A stretch of 64,000 bases of DNA from Spirochaetia bacterium (GTDB lineage Bacteria; Spirochaetota; Spirochaetia; SZUA-6; Bin103): positions 1,184,001 to 1,248,000 of the forward strand of contig OZ241863.1 in the NCBI GenBank assembly GCA_965203055.1, written 5' to 3'. The position numbers were made by a program, and so were the translations under genes. The notes under the pieces are model-generated. The model was given only the letters and a program-made list of their open reading frames with translations. It was not told the origin of the DNA and made no database searches. Of the stretch, positions 1 to 9,403 are shown piece by piece (position 1 is the stretch's first letter; each line of letters opens with the position of its first letter).

Positions 1-381
1 GAGCGGGGCGCGCGCTGGCTCTCGGCGCCGCGCCGGGAGCAGTACCGGGCGCTCTACGCCCTGGTGGACGAGTTGCGGATCGGCCTCCCGGAGCTGGCGC
101 TGCGGTTCGTGCTCTCCAACCCGGACATCTCCTGCACCCTGACCGGCGCCCGGTCCGTAGCCGAAGTGGAGGCGAACGTCGCCGCCGCCGAGCGCGGGCC
201 GCTGTCCCCGGAGATCCTGGGCCGGATCGCGCAGATCGCCGCCCTGGTGCCGTTCCGGCCCTTCGAGGAGCCGTTCGTCATGCCGTTCGGCCGGCCCTAC
301 CGGGGGCCGGGAGCGGCGAACCGCCAGCGCCGCGCTGGCGGCGCCGCTCGCGCGGCGGCGCAACGCCGCGGCCAGGTATGA
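1..381 (+). CDS. Aldo/keto reductase, C-terminal part (5' end outside window)
   Basis: Frame 1 is open from base 1; 'LPELALRFVLSNPDISCTLTGARSVAEVEANVAA' matches the AKR C-terminal NADP-binding segment. Confidence 0.8.
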   Translation, partial: ERGARWLSAPRREQYRALYALVDELRIGLPELALRFVLSNPDISCTLTGARSVAEVEANVAAAERGPLSPEILGRIAQIAALVPFRPFEEPFVMPFGRPYRGPGAANRQRRAGGAARAAAQRRGQV

Positions 382-607
382 TACGCTGCCGGTGGCCGGA
401 CCGGGTTGGCCGGACCGGGCCGACCGGCGGGCTGCGCGGGCCGGCATCCGCCGCGCCGGCGGCGCGCGGCCCGACCACGTAGCAGAACCGTAGAAATGGT
501 GCTATCTTATCGGCGCATACCACCTTTGCAGGCAGGCCGCCGGGCGGGGCCTTGGTTCCGGGACCGGCGTCTGCGATATTTCGTCAGGTGGACAGGAGAC
601 AGTTGGA

Positions 608-946
608 GTGGAAATAAGCAACGAACGTGATGGCGGCGCCTTGATCGTGCAAGCGTCCGGGCGGGTGGATGGCAGCAACTCGCAGGAGTTTCAGGATGGT
701 CTCGAAGAGGTCATCAATGAAGGCGAGCGCGCCGTGGTCCTGGATCTGCAGGAGCTCTCGTACATCAGCAGCTCCGGTCTGCGGGTCATGCTGCTGATAG
801 CGCGCAAGCTGCAGCGACAGCAGGCCAAGTTTGCGCTGTGCTCGCTCTCGGAATCGATTCGCGAGGTATTCGAGATCAGCGGCTTCGACCGGATCATCCC
901 GGTACACGCCTCGCGGCCGGAAGCGGTCGCCGCGGTCGCCGGCTGA
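608..946 (+). CDS. STAS-domain anti-sigma factor antagonist (RsbV/SpoIIAA-like)
   Basis: 112 aa; 'GRVD', 'VVLDLQELSYISSSGLRVML' with phosphorylatable Ser, 'VFEISGFD'. Confidence 0.93.
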   Translation: MEISNERDGGALIVQASGRVDGSNSQEFQDGLEEVINEGERAVVLDLQELSYISSSGLRVMLLIARKLQRQQAKFALCSLSESIREVFEISGFDRIIPVHASRPEAVAAVAG

Positions 947-1077
947 CCTTGCGGGCTGCTCGCGCCGGGCGGAGTGCGTGGCATGAAGCGCCGGCGGCGA
1001 GTCAGGCTGGTTGTCTTGCGGAACGAGTTCGATCCGGCCGGCGCCGGTACGGCGCTCCGCCGCGGTGAGGTTGGGCC

Positions 1078-1497
1078 TTGAGCGCGAAGCTGCACCTGAA
1101 GCTCGAGGCCCGGCCCGAAGCGCTGGAGCGCATCACCTCCGCGATCGAGGAGCTGGGGGAGCGGGAAGAGTGGCCGCCCAAGCTGATGTTTCGCGTGAAT
1201 CTCGTACTGGAGGAGCTGGGCCTCAACGTCATGACGCACGGCCAGCGCGCCGGGGCGCGCGAGCTGGAAGTGATCCTGACCTCGGAGCCGGACACCGTGA
1301 CCATGGAGATCGTGGACGACGGCCCGCCGTTCGACCCGCTCCGGGACGCGCCGCCCCCCGACACGGAGGCGGAGCTGAATAAGCGCCCGGTGGGCGGGCT
1401 CGGCGTTCACTTGGTGCGCGAGATGATGGACGAGGTGCGCTACCGGTATGAGGATGGAAAGAACCGCCTGACCCTGGTCACCGCCACCTCCGCCTGA
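1078..1497 (+). CDS. Anti-sigma factor / Ser kinase (RsbW-like HATPase_c_2)
   Basis: 'LVLEELGLNVMTHG', 'IVDDGPPFDPL', 'RPVGGLGVHLVREMMDEVRY'; adjacent to STAS gene. Confidence 0.92.
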   Translation: MSAKLHLKLEARPEALERITSAIEELGEREEWPPKLMFRVNLVLEELGLNVMTHGQRAGARELEVILTSEPDTVTMEIVDDGPPFDPLRDAPPPDTEAELNKRPVGGLGVHLVREMMDEVRYRYEDGKNRLTLVTATSA

Positions 1498-1620
1498 TCC
1501 CTGCCGCGGGAAAGGAAGGTAAGTTGCCGCAAGCTCGGGAAACCACTACCGTATCAGTGGTCGCTCGTTCTCCCGAGGGAATCGCCCGGTCCGACTCCAT
1601 GAGCAGGAGGTAACTGAGCC

Positions 1621-1866
1621 ATGGCCACTTTGAGTAATGAAATCGCTGCCTACGAGCGCATGCGCAACGACCTGGAACTCGACCACCTCGGCCAGTGGGT
1701 CGTGGTGCACGACGAAAAGCTGATCGGCACGTACGAGTCATTCGAGAAGGCAGCCGAGGACGCGGTGCAGCGCTTCGGCAGGGGGCCGTATTTGATCAGA
1801 CAGATCGGTGCGCCGCCGCTGGTACTACCTGCTGTGGTGCAGTATCGGCCAGTCCATGCCGGTTGA
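1621..1866 (+). CDS. Small DUF5678-like protein
   Basis: 81 aa; AGGAGG RBS; 'HLGQWVVVHDEKLIGTYESFEKA...FG' pattern; overlaps downstream protease gene. Confidence 0.7.
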   Translation: MATLSNEIAAYERMRNDLELDHLGQWVVVHDEKLIGTYESFEKAAEDAVQRFGRGPYLIRQIGAPPLVLPAVVQYRPVHAG

Positions 1867-2299
1867 TTGCGGCTTCCCTGACCGTCCGGGGCTGCCAGGA
1901 CGGGATATGTTGGCCTTGTTCGGTCCGTCGCTGCCGGTGGAGATCGGTTTCGATCCGAACTTTCGGCCCGGTGTCCGGCCCAGTCTACCGGGACGACAGT
2001 TTCCCGCGCTGGTGGATACGGGTGCGGCCGCGTGTTGCATCGACTCGGCGCTCGCCGCTGCGTTGAAGTTGCCGCTCGTCGATCGGCAGCAGGTGGCTGG
2101 AGTCCATGGAAGCGGCGAGGTCGACATGCATCTTGCACAGATCTACGTCCCGGTCTTGGGTGTTACGGTGTATGGCCCATTCGCCGGCGTTCACCTGACT
2201 GCCGGAGGACAGCTTCATTTTGCGCTCATAGGCAGAACGTTCCTGCGGAACTTCACCTTGGTCTATGAGGGCAGGACTGGCGCGGTCACGCTTTCCTGA
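1856..2299 (+). CDS. Retropepsin-like (clan AA) aspartyl protease
   Basis: Start at ATG 1856 overlapping upstream gene; catalytic 'ALVDTGA' and C-terminal 'LIGRTFL'. Confidence 0.85.
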   Translation: MPVDCGFPDRPGLPGRDMLALFGPSLPVEIGFDPNFRPGVRPSLPGRQFPALVDTGAAACCIDSALAAALKLPLVDRQQVAGVHGSGEVDMHLAQIYVPVLGVTVYGPFAGVHLTAGGQLHFALIGRTFLRNFTLVYEGRTGAVTLS

Positions 2300-2396
2300 C
2301 ATCCGGTCGAGCCGGGGCAGTGCGGATGAGCGCCTCAATGAGCGTGCGCCCCGGTGCTTGGTCGAAGTGGGCGGCGCCCCGTTTCGGTGACCTCTA

Positions 2397-3653
2397 GTGT
2401 TCGTTCGTTCCCGGAATCGGGCGCGGAACGCATCTCCGCGCCGCCGCTGGCTGCGGTTGCCGCGCGCCTCCACCGTGCTCGCGGTGGTGGTGGGATGCTA
2501 CGGCCTCCTGCTCCTGTTCATGGGGTTCTTGCTGTTGGTGGTGCCGGGCATCGAACTTCGCACCGGCGGCGAAGCAGTTGCGTCCCGCCAGGATGCCGCG
2601 GCGGGAGACACGGCGGACAGCGGCGCCCAGGTAATCGGCATCCTGTTCAGCTTCTTCGGCGTCCTCCTGATGCTGCTCGGCCGGGGCCTGCTGCAGCGCC
2701 GGCGCCGAGCCTGGGGCGCCGCCCTGGCGCTGGCCGCGGCAACCCTGCCGTCCACGCTGTTTCGCGTAGTCCACGGAGAAAGCATCCTCACCAACGTGCC
2801 GACGTTGCTGGTGATCGTCGGGTTGCTGGCGTTCCACCGGCAGTTCTCGGTGCGCGCCGCGCGCCGTTTCAGCTACGGGCAGGTGGTGGCCGGGATCGCC
2901 ATCGCGCTGGCGCTGGTCTACGGCGTCGTCGGCACCTATCTGATGCGGGAGCAGTTCCACGGCGTCGACAACTGGGCCGATGCGGCGTACTTCGCGCTGG
3001 TAGCCTACGTTACCCTGGGCTACGACTTCGACGTCGCCGAAATCTATCCGAACACCACCAACACGCGGTGGTTCGCGGTCTCGATGTATCTGATCGGCAT
3101 GACGCTGTTCATCACCGCCCTGACGGTGGCGCTGGGCCCGATCGTCGAAGGCCGCGTCAAGGGGGTGATGTACTTGGTGAAGCGGTTCCAACAGTTGCGC
3201 AACCACGTCGTGGTGTGCGGTTACAGCGGCGTTGCCGCCAGCGTCATCGACGAGATGCGCGACCGCGGCGTGGTGGTGGTGATCGTCGACGACCGCGAAA
3301 AGGTGGTGCAGCAACTGCGCGACAAAGGGCACGAGGTTCTGGAGGGCGACCCGACGTTGCGCGAGACGCTGATCGACGCCAGCGCCGGCAACGCGCGCGC
3401 GCTGATCGCGACCTTCGACAGCGATTCCATGAACACGCTGGTGGCGGTAAATGCCAAGGATCTGCGCGACTCCCTGCCGCGCGCCCGGTTTGCGATTCTG
3501 GTGCGCATCGAGGATGAGGAGAACGTCGAAAAAGTGCACCGCCTGGGAGTGGATGAAGTGATCTCCCCGTCGACCCTCGGCGGCCGGCTGCTCGCCGAGC
3601 ACGCGGTGGCGCTGACCGAGTCTCGAAGAAGCCAGACGCCGGCGAACGCGTAA
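2397..3653 (+). CDS. Ion channel protein with pore domain and TrkA-N/RCK domain
   Basis: Several N-terminal TM helices, pore helix 'DAAYFALVAYVTLGY', RCK 'NHVVVCGYSGVA...GDPT...VISPSTLGG'; start uncertain. Confidence 0.85.
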   Translation: MFVRSRNRARNASPRRRWLRLPRASTVLAVVVGCYGLLLLFMGFLLLVVPGIELRTGGEAVASRQDAAAGDTADSGAQVIGILFSFFGVLLMLLGRGLLQRRRRAWGAALALAAATLPSTLFRVVHGESILTNVPTLLVIVGLLAFHRQFSVRAARRFSYGQVVAGIAIALALVYGVVGTYLMREQFHGVDNWADAAYFALVAYVTLGYDFDVAEIYPNTTNTRWFAVSMYLIGMTLFITALTVALGPIVEGRVKGVMYLVKRFQQLRNHVVVCGYSGVAASVIDEMRDRGVVVVIVDDREKVVQQLRDKGHEVLEGDPTLRETLIDASAGNARALIATFDSDSMNTLVAVNAKDLRDSLPRARFAILVRIEDEENVEKVHRLGVDEVISPSTLGGRLLAEHAVALTESRRSQTPANA

Positions 3654-3662
3654 ACCCGGAGT

Positions 3663-4193
3663 CTATCCCGGGCGCACCAGTCGCCAGAGGGCGCGGCGCG
3701 CGCTGTCGATGGCCAGGAACGGACCCGGCGGCAGCCGCCGGTCGCGCCAGCGCACCTCGAAGTGCAGATGCGGTCCGGTGGCGCGGCCGCTCTGGCCGGC
3801 GGCGCCGATGCGCGCCCACTTCACCACCGGCCGGCCGGCGCGCGTGTTCGCGGCGTCCAGATGGGCGTACAGGGTCGAAAATCCCAGCCAGTGGCGAATG
3901 ATGACGTAGGTGCCCAGGGTGGGGCTGTGCCCCACCGCATCGACGATGCCGCTCTTGGCCGCGCGCACAGGACTGCCGCGCGGCGCGCCGAAGTCGATGC
4001 CCTTGTGAACTTCCAGCGCCAGCGGATTCCCGCTCTCCGGCCGCGTGCGCAGGAAGTAGCGTGAGGTGACCGGTCCCGATACGGGCCGCACGTACGGCGG
4101 GATCACCAGATTGAACGCCAGTGCCAGCAGCGCGATGCGCAGCAGCCATCGCCGCCGTCGCGGCGCAGGCGGCGCGCGCGCAGCCCGCTTCAC
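3663..4193 (-). CDS. M23 family metallopeptidase
   Basis: 'HKGIDF', 'TLYAHL', 'ATGPHLHFEVR'; GTG start at 4193 overlaps the stop of the upstream HEPN gene (GTGA). Confidence 0.9.
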   Translation of the reverse strand: MKRAARAPPAPRRRRWLLRIALLALAFNLVIPPYVRPVSGPVTSRYFLRTRPESGNPLALEVHKGIDFGAPRGSPVRAAKSGIVDAVGHSPTLGTYVIIRHWLGFSTLYAHLDAANTRAGRPVVKWARIGAAGQSGRATGPHLHFEVRWRDRRLPPGPFLAIDSARRALWRLVRPG

Positions 4194-4666
4194 CCGAGGC
4201 TGAGCAGGAAGCGCTCGAATCGATCCAGACTCCGCCCAAGACCGGGATGGAGCTGGCGCACCTTCTTGACCAGGAAGTCGAGCCGGTCCCAGTCGTATGC
4301 AAGCTCGAAGTAGTTGCGCCTGAAGTGGCGGAACCTGAGCAACTCGTGCAACGCCGGGACATCCGGCGATGCCACGGCGCGGGGCCGCACCCCCTCGATC
4401 TCGAGCGTCATCTTTCGCAGCAGATCGGAATGCCAACGCTCCGGCGCCAGGCGGTTCTCGAAATACTGCGAGATGCGCAGGAAGATGGTCTCAGCGCAGG
4501 TGTAGTAGTTTTCCAGCAGCCCCGCAATGATGAGCGCCGACCGTTCGGTCTTGCCAAGCTGCGCGATTTCCTGGTCGAGAGCCTCGTCGATCGAGCTCCG
4601 AATCGTCTCCAATCGTTCCCGATTCTGTCGAATCAGCGCCGTCAGTTCACTCGTCGACGCGTTCAT
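4190..4666 (-). CDS. HepT-like HEPN ribonuclease toxin
   Basis: 'LENYYTCAETIFLRI', 'WHSDLLRKM', 'LLRFRHFRRNY'; paired with nucleotidyltransferase. Confidence 0.85.
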   Translation of the reverse strand: MNASTSELTALIRQNRERLETIRSSIDEALDQEIAQLGKTERSALIIAGLLENYYTCAETIFLRISQYFENRLAPERWHSDLLRKMTLEIEGVRPRAVASPDVPALHELLRFRHFRRNYFELAYDWDRLDFLVKKVRQLHPGLGRSLDRFERFLLSLG

Positions 4667-5048
4667 GGACTACCTTCCCGCGCCGTCTGACGTACTCCGC
4701 TACTTCGGCCGGCAACTTCTCCATCTCTACGACGTCGACGGGGGCAGTCGCGCCGTCGAGAGCGATACCGACCGTGCGGAAGTATTCTTCCGGGCCGCGC
4801 AATCCCTCAACGGCGATATCGATGTCGGAAATCTCGCTGAACCGACCGCGGTCGAGCAGCGAACCCCACTGGTAGATGCGGCGCGGGTTGACCTCACGCG
4901 CGATCCGCGCGATGACGGCGTCGGCCTCGCGGGTGGTCCGCTCGAACAACGCGTCGATCCGTGCGCGCCGCCGGTCGGCCTTGGCCTGCAGGAAGGCTCG
5001 TACCTTGTCCAGGTCGATGGGGTGGTCGGCATGCATGACAACGGCCAT
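4647..5048 (-). CDS. Minimal nucleotidyltransferase (MNT) antitoxin
   Basis: 'IYQWGSLL...SDIDIAVEG...VDVV' Pol-beta NTase motif; overlaps HEPN gene. Confidence 0.88.
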   Translation of the reverse strand: MAVVMHADHPIDLDKVRAFLQAKADRRRARIDALFERTTREADAVIARIAREVNPRRIYQWGSLLDRGRFSEISDIDIAVEGLRGPEEYFRTVGIALDGATAPVDVVEMEKLPAEVAEYVRRRGKVVHERVDE

Positions 5049-5076
5049 TGCAGTATAGCCGTAGCGCCGGCGGCGG

Positions 5077-7638
5077 TCAGCCGGCCAGCAGTTCGGTGAG
5101 GCGGCGCTGCCACTCGGCTTCGTCCACCACCTCGAAGCGCATGGTCTTGCCGCGCATCGCCGGCACGAATTCGGCCCAGTCGCGCCGGGTGGCGTGGCGC
5201 GAGCACAGGTCGAACACCGAGCGCTTGTATTCGGTGTCCGCCGCCTCCTGCAGATGGAGGCCCTTGGTCTCGATCACGAACACCTGATGAAATGCATCGG
5301 TCGCGTCCGCTTCGTCCGGCTTCAACGTGAAGATGAAGTCGGCGTAGATGCGGCCGCGCTTCCAGCCCTGCACGTAGTAGTCCTGGCGCGCCCGGTTGCG
5401 GTACCAGAAGAACAGGCGTTCCTGTCGATCCAGGAAGGTCGCCACGCGGTGCTCCAGCTCGTTCATGGGGTCGTCGCCGGCGCGGTCGAACAGATCGAGT
5501 TGGAACGGGCCGCCGTCCCGGCGGTTGGCCGGCGGCGCCGCGGCCCGGAGCTGCCGGGGCAGGCGGTTGAAGCCAAGGTCGTTGGCCGCCACGATGAAGC
5601 GCATCGCGCCGGACTCCAGCAGCCCGGTGAACACGCCGCGCGCCAGCCGGTCGCGTTCGGCCTCCAGGCGCTTGCGCAGCTCTTCCAGGATGAAGCCGTA
5701 GTTGCGCACCACCAGCGGGCGCGGATGGCGCTCCAGGAGGGCGCCGAAGACGCGCCGCGCCAGCGCGCTGCCGCGCCACGGATTGGGCATCACGTCCAGC
5801 AGGTGGCCGGCGGCGAACGCATGGTCCAGGCGGGCGTCGACCGCGGCGGCGGAGCCCGCGGCGGAGCCGGCGGAGGAGCGGGCGGCGGCTGCCGCGGCCG
5901 ACGACTCCACGCGGCCGTCCACGCCGATCCGCAGCTCGATGCCGCCTTCCGGGCGCTCGCCGAGCGGCAGGTCGAACAGCGGGCTCACGTCGACCTCATC
6001 CCACGCCGCCCGCGCCAGCAGGTCCGCCTCGTAGTGCGCGGGCCGCCACTCGCCCCGGTCGCGGATCATGAACGCCGGCAGCACCAGGTCGCGCGCGGCC
6101 CGCCGGAAGCGCGCGCGCTGGCGCCGCGCCGCGGGCCGGTCCGGCTGCACCGGGCCGTCTTCGACGGCGACCACGTTCGCTTGCAGGTCGCCCAGCCCCT
6201 CGCGCCCGAAGCCGCGGCGCACCTCCTGCAGCAGCTCGGCGCCGCGGCGCCGAAAGCAGAACACGTAGCTCTCGTCCAGCCAGCGGTCACCGGTCTTGCG
6301 CGCGTAGGGCTGGCGCAGGATGCGGCCGACGAGCTGCGTCAACGCGGTCTTCGAGCCGGGGCGGGTCAGGATCGCCAGCACGTAGGCGAACGCGCAGTCC
6401 CATCCCTCCTGCAGCGCCTGTTTGGTGATGATGAAGCGGATCGGGCAGTCGCGCGCCAGCAGACCGCCGGCGTCGTCCACCTCCTTCAGGTCGTCGCGGG
6501 CGCTGGTCTTGACGGCGACGTGCTCGGGGTTGACGGCGGGATGCTGCAGCAGGTACTCGCGGGCGTCCTCGGCGTGCACCACGCCGGGCTGCCGCTGGTC
6601 GCGGCCGGTGCGCTCCACCTGGATCAGGCAGATCGGGCGGATGCGCAGGCCGGTGGCCGCGGCGTGGCGCCGCGCGCGTTCCTCCAGCTTCGCGCGGTGC
6701 TCCACCGCGGCCAGCAGGGTGTCCTTCCAGCTCGCGCCGGAGCGGTTGCCGACGTGCAGGTCGAGCTTGATCATCTCCTCCGCGTGCAGGTCGCGGCCCA
6801 CGACCTCGATCAGCACGTTGGCCTGCGGCGCCGGGGTGGCGGACAGCTCCACGATCAGGCAGGGATTGAACCCCTCCAGCGTCGCCTTGGCGTTGCGGCT
6901 GTACGCCTTGTGCCCCTCGTCCAGCACGATCAGCGGGCGCAGCAGGCGCAGCGTGTTGCCCAGCGAGGTCTTGATCTGGCGGCCCCGGAAGCCGCCGGCG
7001 ACATCGTCGAAGGTGTCGAGGTTGGGGATGCGTTCCAGCAGCGCGCGGTGGCCGGCCGCGTCGTGGTCGGCGGGGAAGAAGCGGTCGAACCCGCCGCTGT
7101 CGCGGAACATCCGCAGTTGTTCCCTGGTCTCGCGGTTGGCCGAAGGCAGCATCAGCAGCAGGATGCAGAGGTTGTCGGCCACGTCGGCCGGGCTGAAGCC
7201 GTGGCGCTTCTCCAGCAGCAGGGTGCGGCCGGCGGAGGCCAGGTCGAGTTGGTGCCGGTAGGGGTGGCTGCGGTCCTTGAGCGCCGCCAGGGTCTGGCGG
7301 TAGATCTGGACGGTCGGGACCACCCACAGCACCAGACCGGTCGGCCGGAACAGGAACGAGCCGTTCACCAGACCGATCACGCGGGTGGCCAGCAGGGTCT
7401 TGCCGCCGCCGGTCGGGATCTTGAGGCAGAAGGCGGGCAACGGCTCGCCGCTGCCGGTGGTCCGCGCGGCGTAGGGCCGCGCCGGCCGGCTCCGCTCCCA
7501 CGCCCGGCGCGCCCAGTCGAAGCCGAATTCGGGATCGGCCGCGCGGGCGCGGGCGTCGGTCCGGCGCGCCTCGGCGAGCGCTTCGAGCAGGTTCCGCACC
7601 GCCGCCAGCACCCGCCGCTGGTACTCCTTGAGGATCAT
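5077..7638 (-). CDS. Type III-like restriction endonuclease subunit (SF2 helicase plus PD-(D/E)xK nuclease)
   Basis: 'IPTGGGKT', 'LDEGH', 'LSATP', 'QLVGRILRQP', C-terminal 'YADF...VIETKG'; ATGA-coupled to methylase. Confidence 0.88.
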   Translation of the reverse strand: MILKEYQRRVLAAVRNLLEALAEARRTDARARAADPEFGFDWARRAWERSRPARPYAARTTGSGEPLPAFCLKIPTGGGKTLLATRVIGLVNGSFLFRPTGLVLWVVPTVQIYRQTLAALKDRSHPYRHQLDLASAGRTLLLEKRHGFSPADVADNLCILLLMLPSANRETREQLRMFRDSGGFDRFFPADHDAAGHRALLERIPNLDTFDDVAGGFRGRQIKTSLGNTLRLLRPLIVLDEGHKAYSRNAKATLEGFNPCLIVELSATPAPQANVLIEVVGRDLHAEEMIKLDLHVGNRSGASWKDTLLAAVEHRAKLEERARRHAAATGLRIRPICLIQVERTGRDQRQPGVVHAEDAREYLLQHPAVNPEHVAVKTSARDDLKEVDDAGGLLARDCPIRFIITKQALQEGWDCAFAYVLAILTRPGSKTALTQLVGRILRQPYARKTGDRWLDESYVFCFRRRGAELLQEVRRGFGREGLGDLQANVVAVEDGPVQPDRPAARRQRARFRRAARDLVLPAFMIRDRGEWRPAHYEADLLARAAWDEVDVSPLFDLPLGERPEGGIELRIGVDGRVESSAAAAAARSSAGSAAGSAAAVDARLDHAFAAGHLLDVMPNPWRGSALARRVFGALLERHPRPLVVRNYGFILEELRKRLEAERDRLARGVFTGLLESGAMRFIVAANDLGFNRLPRQLRAAAPPANRRDGGPFQLDLFDRAGDDPMNELEHRVATFLDRQERLFFWYRNRARQDYYVQGWKRGRIYADFIFTLKPDEADATDAFHQVFVIETKGLHLQEAADTEYKRSVFDLCSRHATRRDWAEFVPAMRGKTMRFEVVDEAEWQRRLTELLAG

Positions 7639-9287
7639 CGCGCGGGGGGCGGGCCGTCGCGCTGCGCGCCGCGGGCGGCGGTCTGGTAGATCTGGAACGG
7701 CAACTGGCAGAAGGTGATGCGGTTTTCGTCCAGGAAGTCCTGGTCCAGGTAGCGGGCGGGCGCGAACACCAGCCGCCGCCGGTCACGGTGCGGAGGCAGC
7801 GAGCGGGCGAACTCCAGCGTCAGCGCCAACTCCTTGAGCCGCTCCGCGTCCGGTTCGTAGATCAGATACACGTCGCCGCGCGGGCTGCTGCCGATGAAGC
7901 CGGTGGCGCGGTCGACCGCGCCGGGATCGAACTGGTCGCCGGTGGCGGTGAAGAACACGTAGCCGGCCAGCGCCGCGTAGTCGGGCAGATTCGCCTCGTC
8001 CAGCAACGATTCCTGGCGCATCGGCCCGCCCAGCACGAAGTAGCTGAAGGTGCCGCCGAGCCCCTGCCGCAGCGCCGCGTCGCGGGCGGACGGCACGCCG
8101 GCGATGACGCGGCGCACGCGCTCGGCGGTGATGGAGTCGGCGTAGCCTTCGCATTCGATCAGCACGAAGCGCCGGTTGCCGCCGTCCTCCCGGTTCAGCG
8201 CCAGCACCGCGTGCGCCGTGGTCCCGGAACCGGCGAACGAATCGAGCACGATCGAATCCCGGTCCGTGGCGATGCGCAGGATGTGCTTGACGAGTGCGGT
8301 CGGCTTGACCGTGTTGAACACGTCTTCCGAGCGCTCGAAGTCCAGCACGCCGACCAGCTCCTTCTTGGCTTCCTGCGTATGGCCGACTTCGGCATGCGGC
8401 CATATCGTCTGCGGTATGACGCCCTGCCGTACTTCGGAAAGATACCGCTTCAACCGCGGCATGCCGGCGCCGTCCGGCCCCCACCAGATGCGGTTCTCCG
8501 CATTTAGCTCGGCGAACCGATCCGGCGAGACGCGAAAGTAATTGCCGACCGACGGCCGGAACGTCTTGCCGGAAGGACTGGTCACTTCATACGTGCCGAG
8601 GCGGTAGTAGTTCCGGGCGGTCAGATCGCTCGATGACCACGCGCCGCGCGGGTCGTCGTCCGGGTTCCGGTAGCGGCTCGCCGCCTGCGCGCTGCGCTGC
8701 AGCAGATGCGGCTTCCATTGGTCCGCGTCCTGCGCGTAGATGACGATGAAGTCGTGGTCTTCGGAGAAGTGTCTGGCCGTGTTCCGCGGCGAAAAGTTCT
8801 TCTGCCAGACGACGGTCGCCAGGAAGTTTTCGACGCCGAATACTTCGTCCATCAGGGCGCGCAGGTGATGGACCTCATGGTCGTCGATGGAGACGAAGAT
8901 GGCGCCGTCGGGACGGAGCAGCTCGCGCAGGAGCTTCAGCCGCGGCAGCATCATGCAGCACCACTTGTCGTGCCGGGTCAGGTCGTCGCGGTCGACCGTC
9001 TTGCCGAGCCAGGCGCGCATCATCGGCGAGTTGACGTTGTCGTTGTAGGCCCAACCCTCGTTGCCGGTGTTGTAGGGCGGATCGACGTAGATGCACTTGA
9101 CGCGGTTGTGATAGACCGGCAGCAGCGCCTTCAGCGCCGCCAGATTGTCGCCGTGCACGATCAGGTTGTCGTGCAGGCTCGCCGGCCTGCTCAGCCCCTT
9201 GTCCGCCGCCGGCCGCAGGTCATGGAACGGCACCGTCAGATGATGATTCTCGACGAACGTCCTACCCTTGAACTGCAACGACGGCAT
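7635..9287 (-). CDS. Type III-like Mod subunit, site-specific amino DNA methyltransferase
   Basis: Likely start 'MPSLQFKGRTFV' at 9287; 'HGDNL', 'YVDPPYNTG' precedes 'LDSFAGSGTT' (beta class). Confidence 0.92.
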   Translation of the reverse strand: MPSLQFKGRTFVENHHLTVPFHDLRPAADKGLSRPASLHDNLIVHGDNLAALKALLPVYHNRVKCIYVDPPYNTGNEGWAYNDNVNSPMMRAWLGKTVDRDDLTRHDKWCCMMLPRLKLLRELLRPDGAIFVSIDDHEVHHLRALMDEVFGVENFLATVVWQKNFSPRNTARHFSEDHDFIVIYAQDADQWKPHLLQRSAQAASRYRNPDDDPRGAWSSSDLTARNYYRLGTYEVTSPSGKTFRPSVGNYFRVSPDRFAELNAENRIWWGPDGAGMPRLKRYLSEVRQGVIPQTIWPHAEVGHTQEAKKELVGVLDFERSEDVFNTVKPTALVKHILRIATDRDSIVLDSFAGSGTTAHAVLALNREDGGNRRFVLIECEGYADSITAERVRRVIAGVPSARDAALRQGLGGTFSYFVLGGPMRQESLLDEANLPDYAALAGYVFFTATGDQFDPGAVDRATGFIGSSPRGDVYLIYEPDAERLKELALTLEFARSLPPHRDRRRLVFAPARYLDQDFLDENRITFCQLPFQIYQTAARGAQRDGPPPAR

Positions 9288-9403
9288 TGCTGGATCGGCC
9301 TGCGCAACGGCCACGCATCGGGTCCGAGGGTTCCTCGGGCGCGTCCGCTTCGGCCCGAAGTCTATTCCCAAACGAACCGACACGTCCAGGGGCCGCATTG
9401 CCT

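Noticed and set aside
5194..7689. Long antisense ORFs (also 45290-48055, 20574-22643, 27984-29864 and many others)
   Set aside because: Shadow frames expected in very high-GC DNA; no motifs, and each overlaps a well-supported gene
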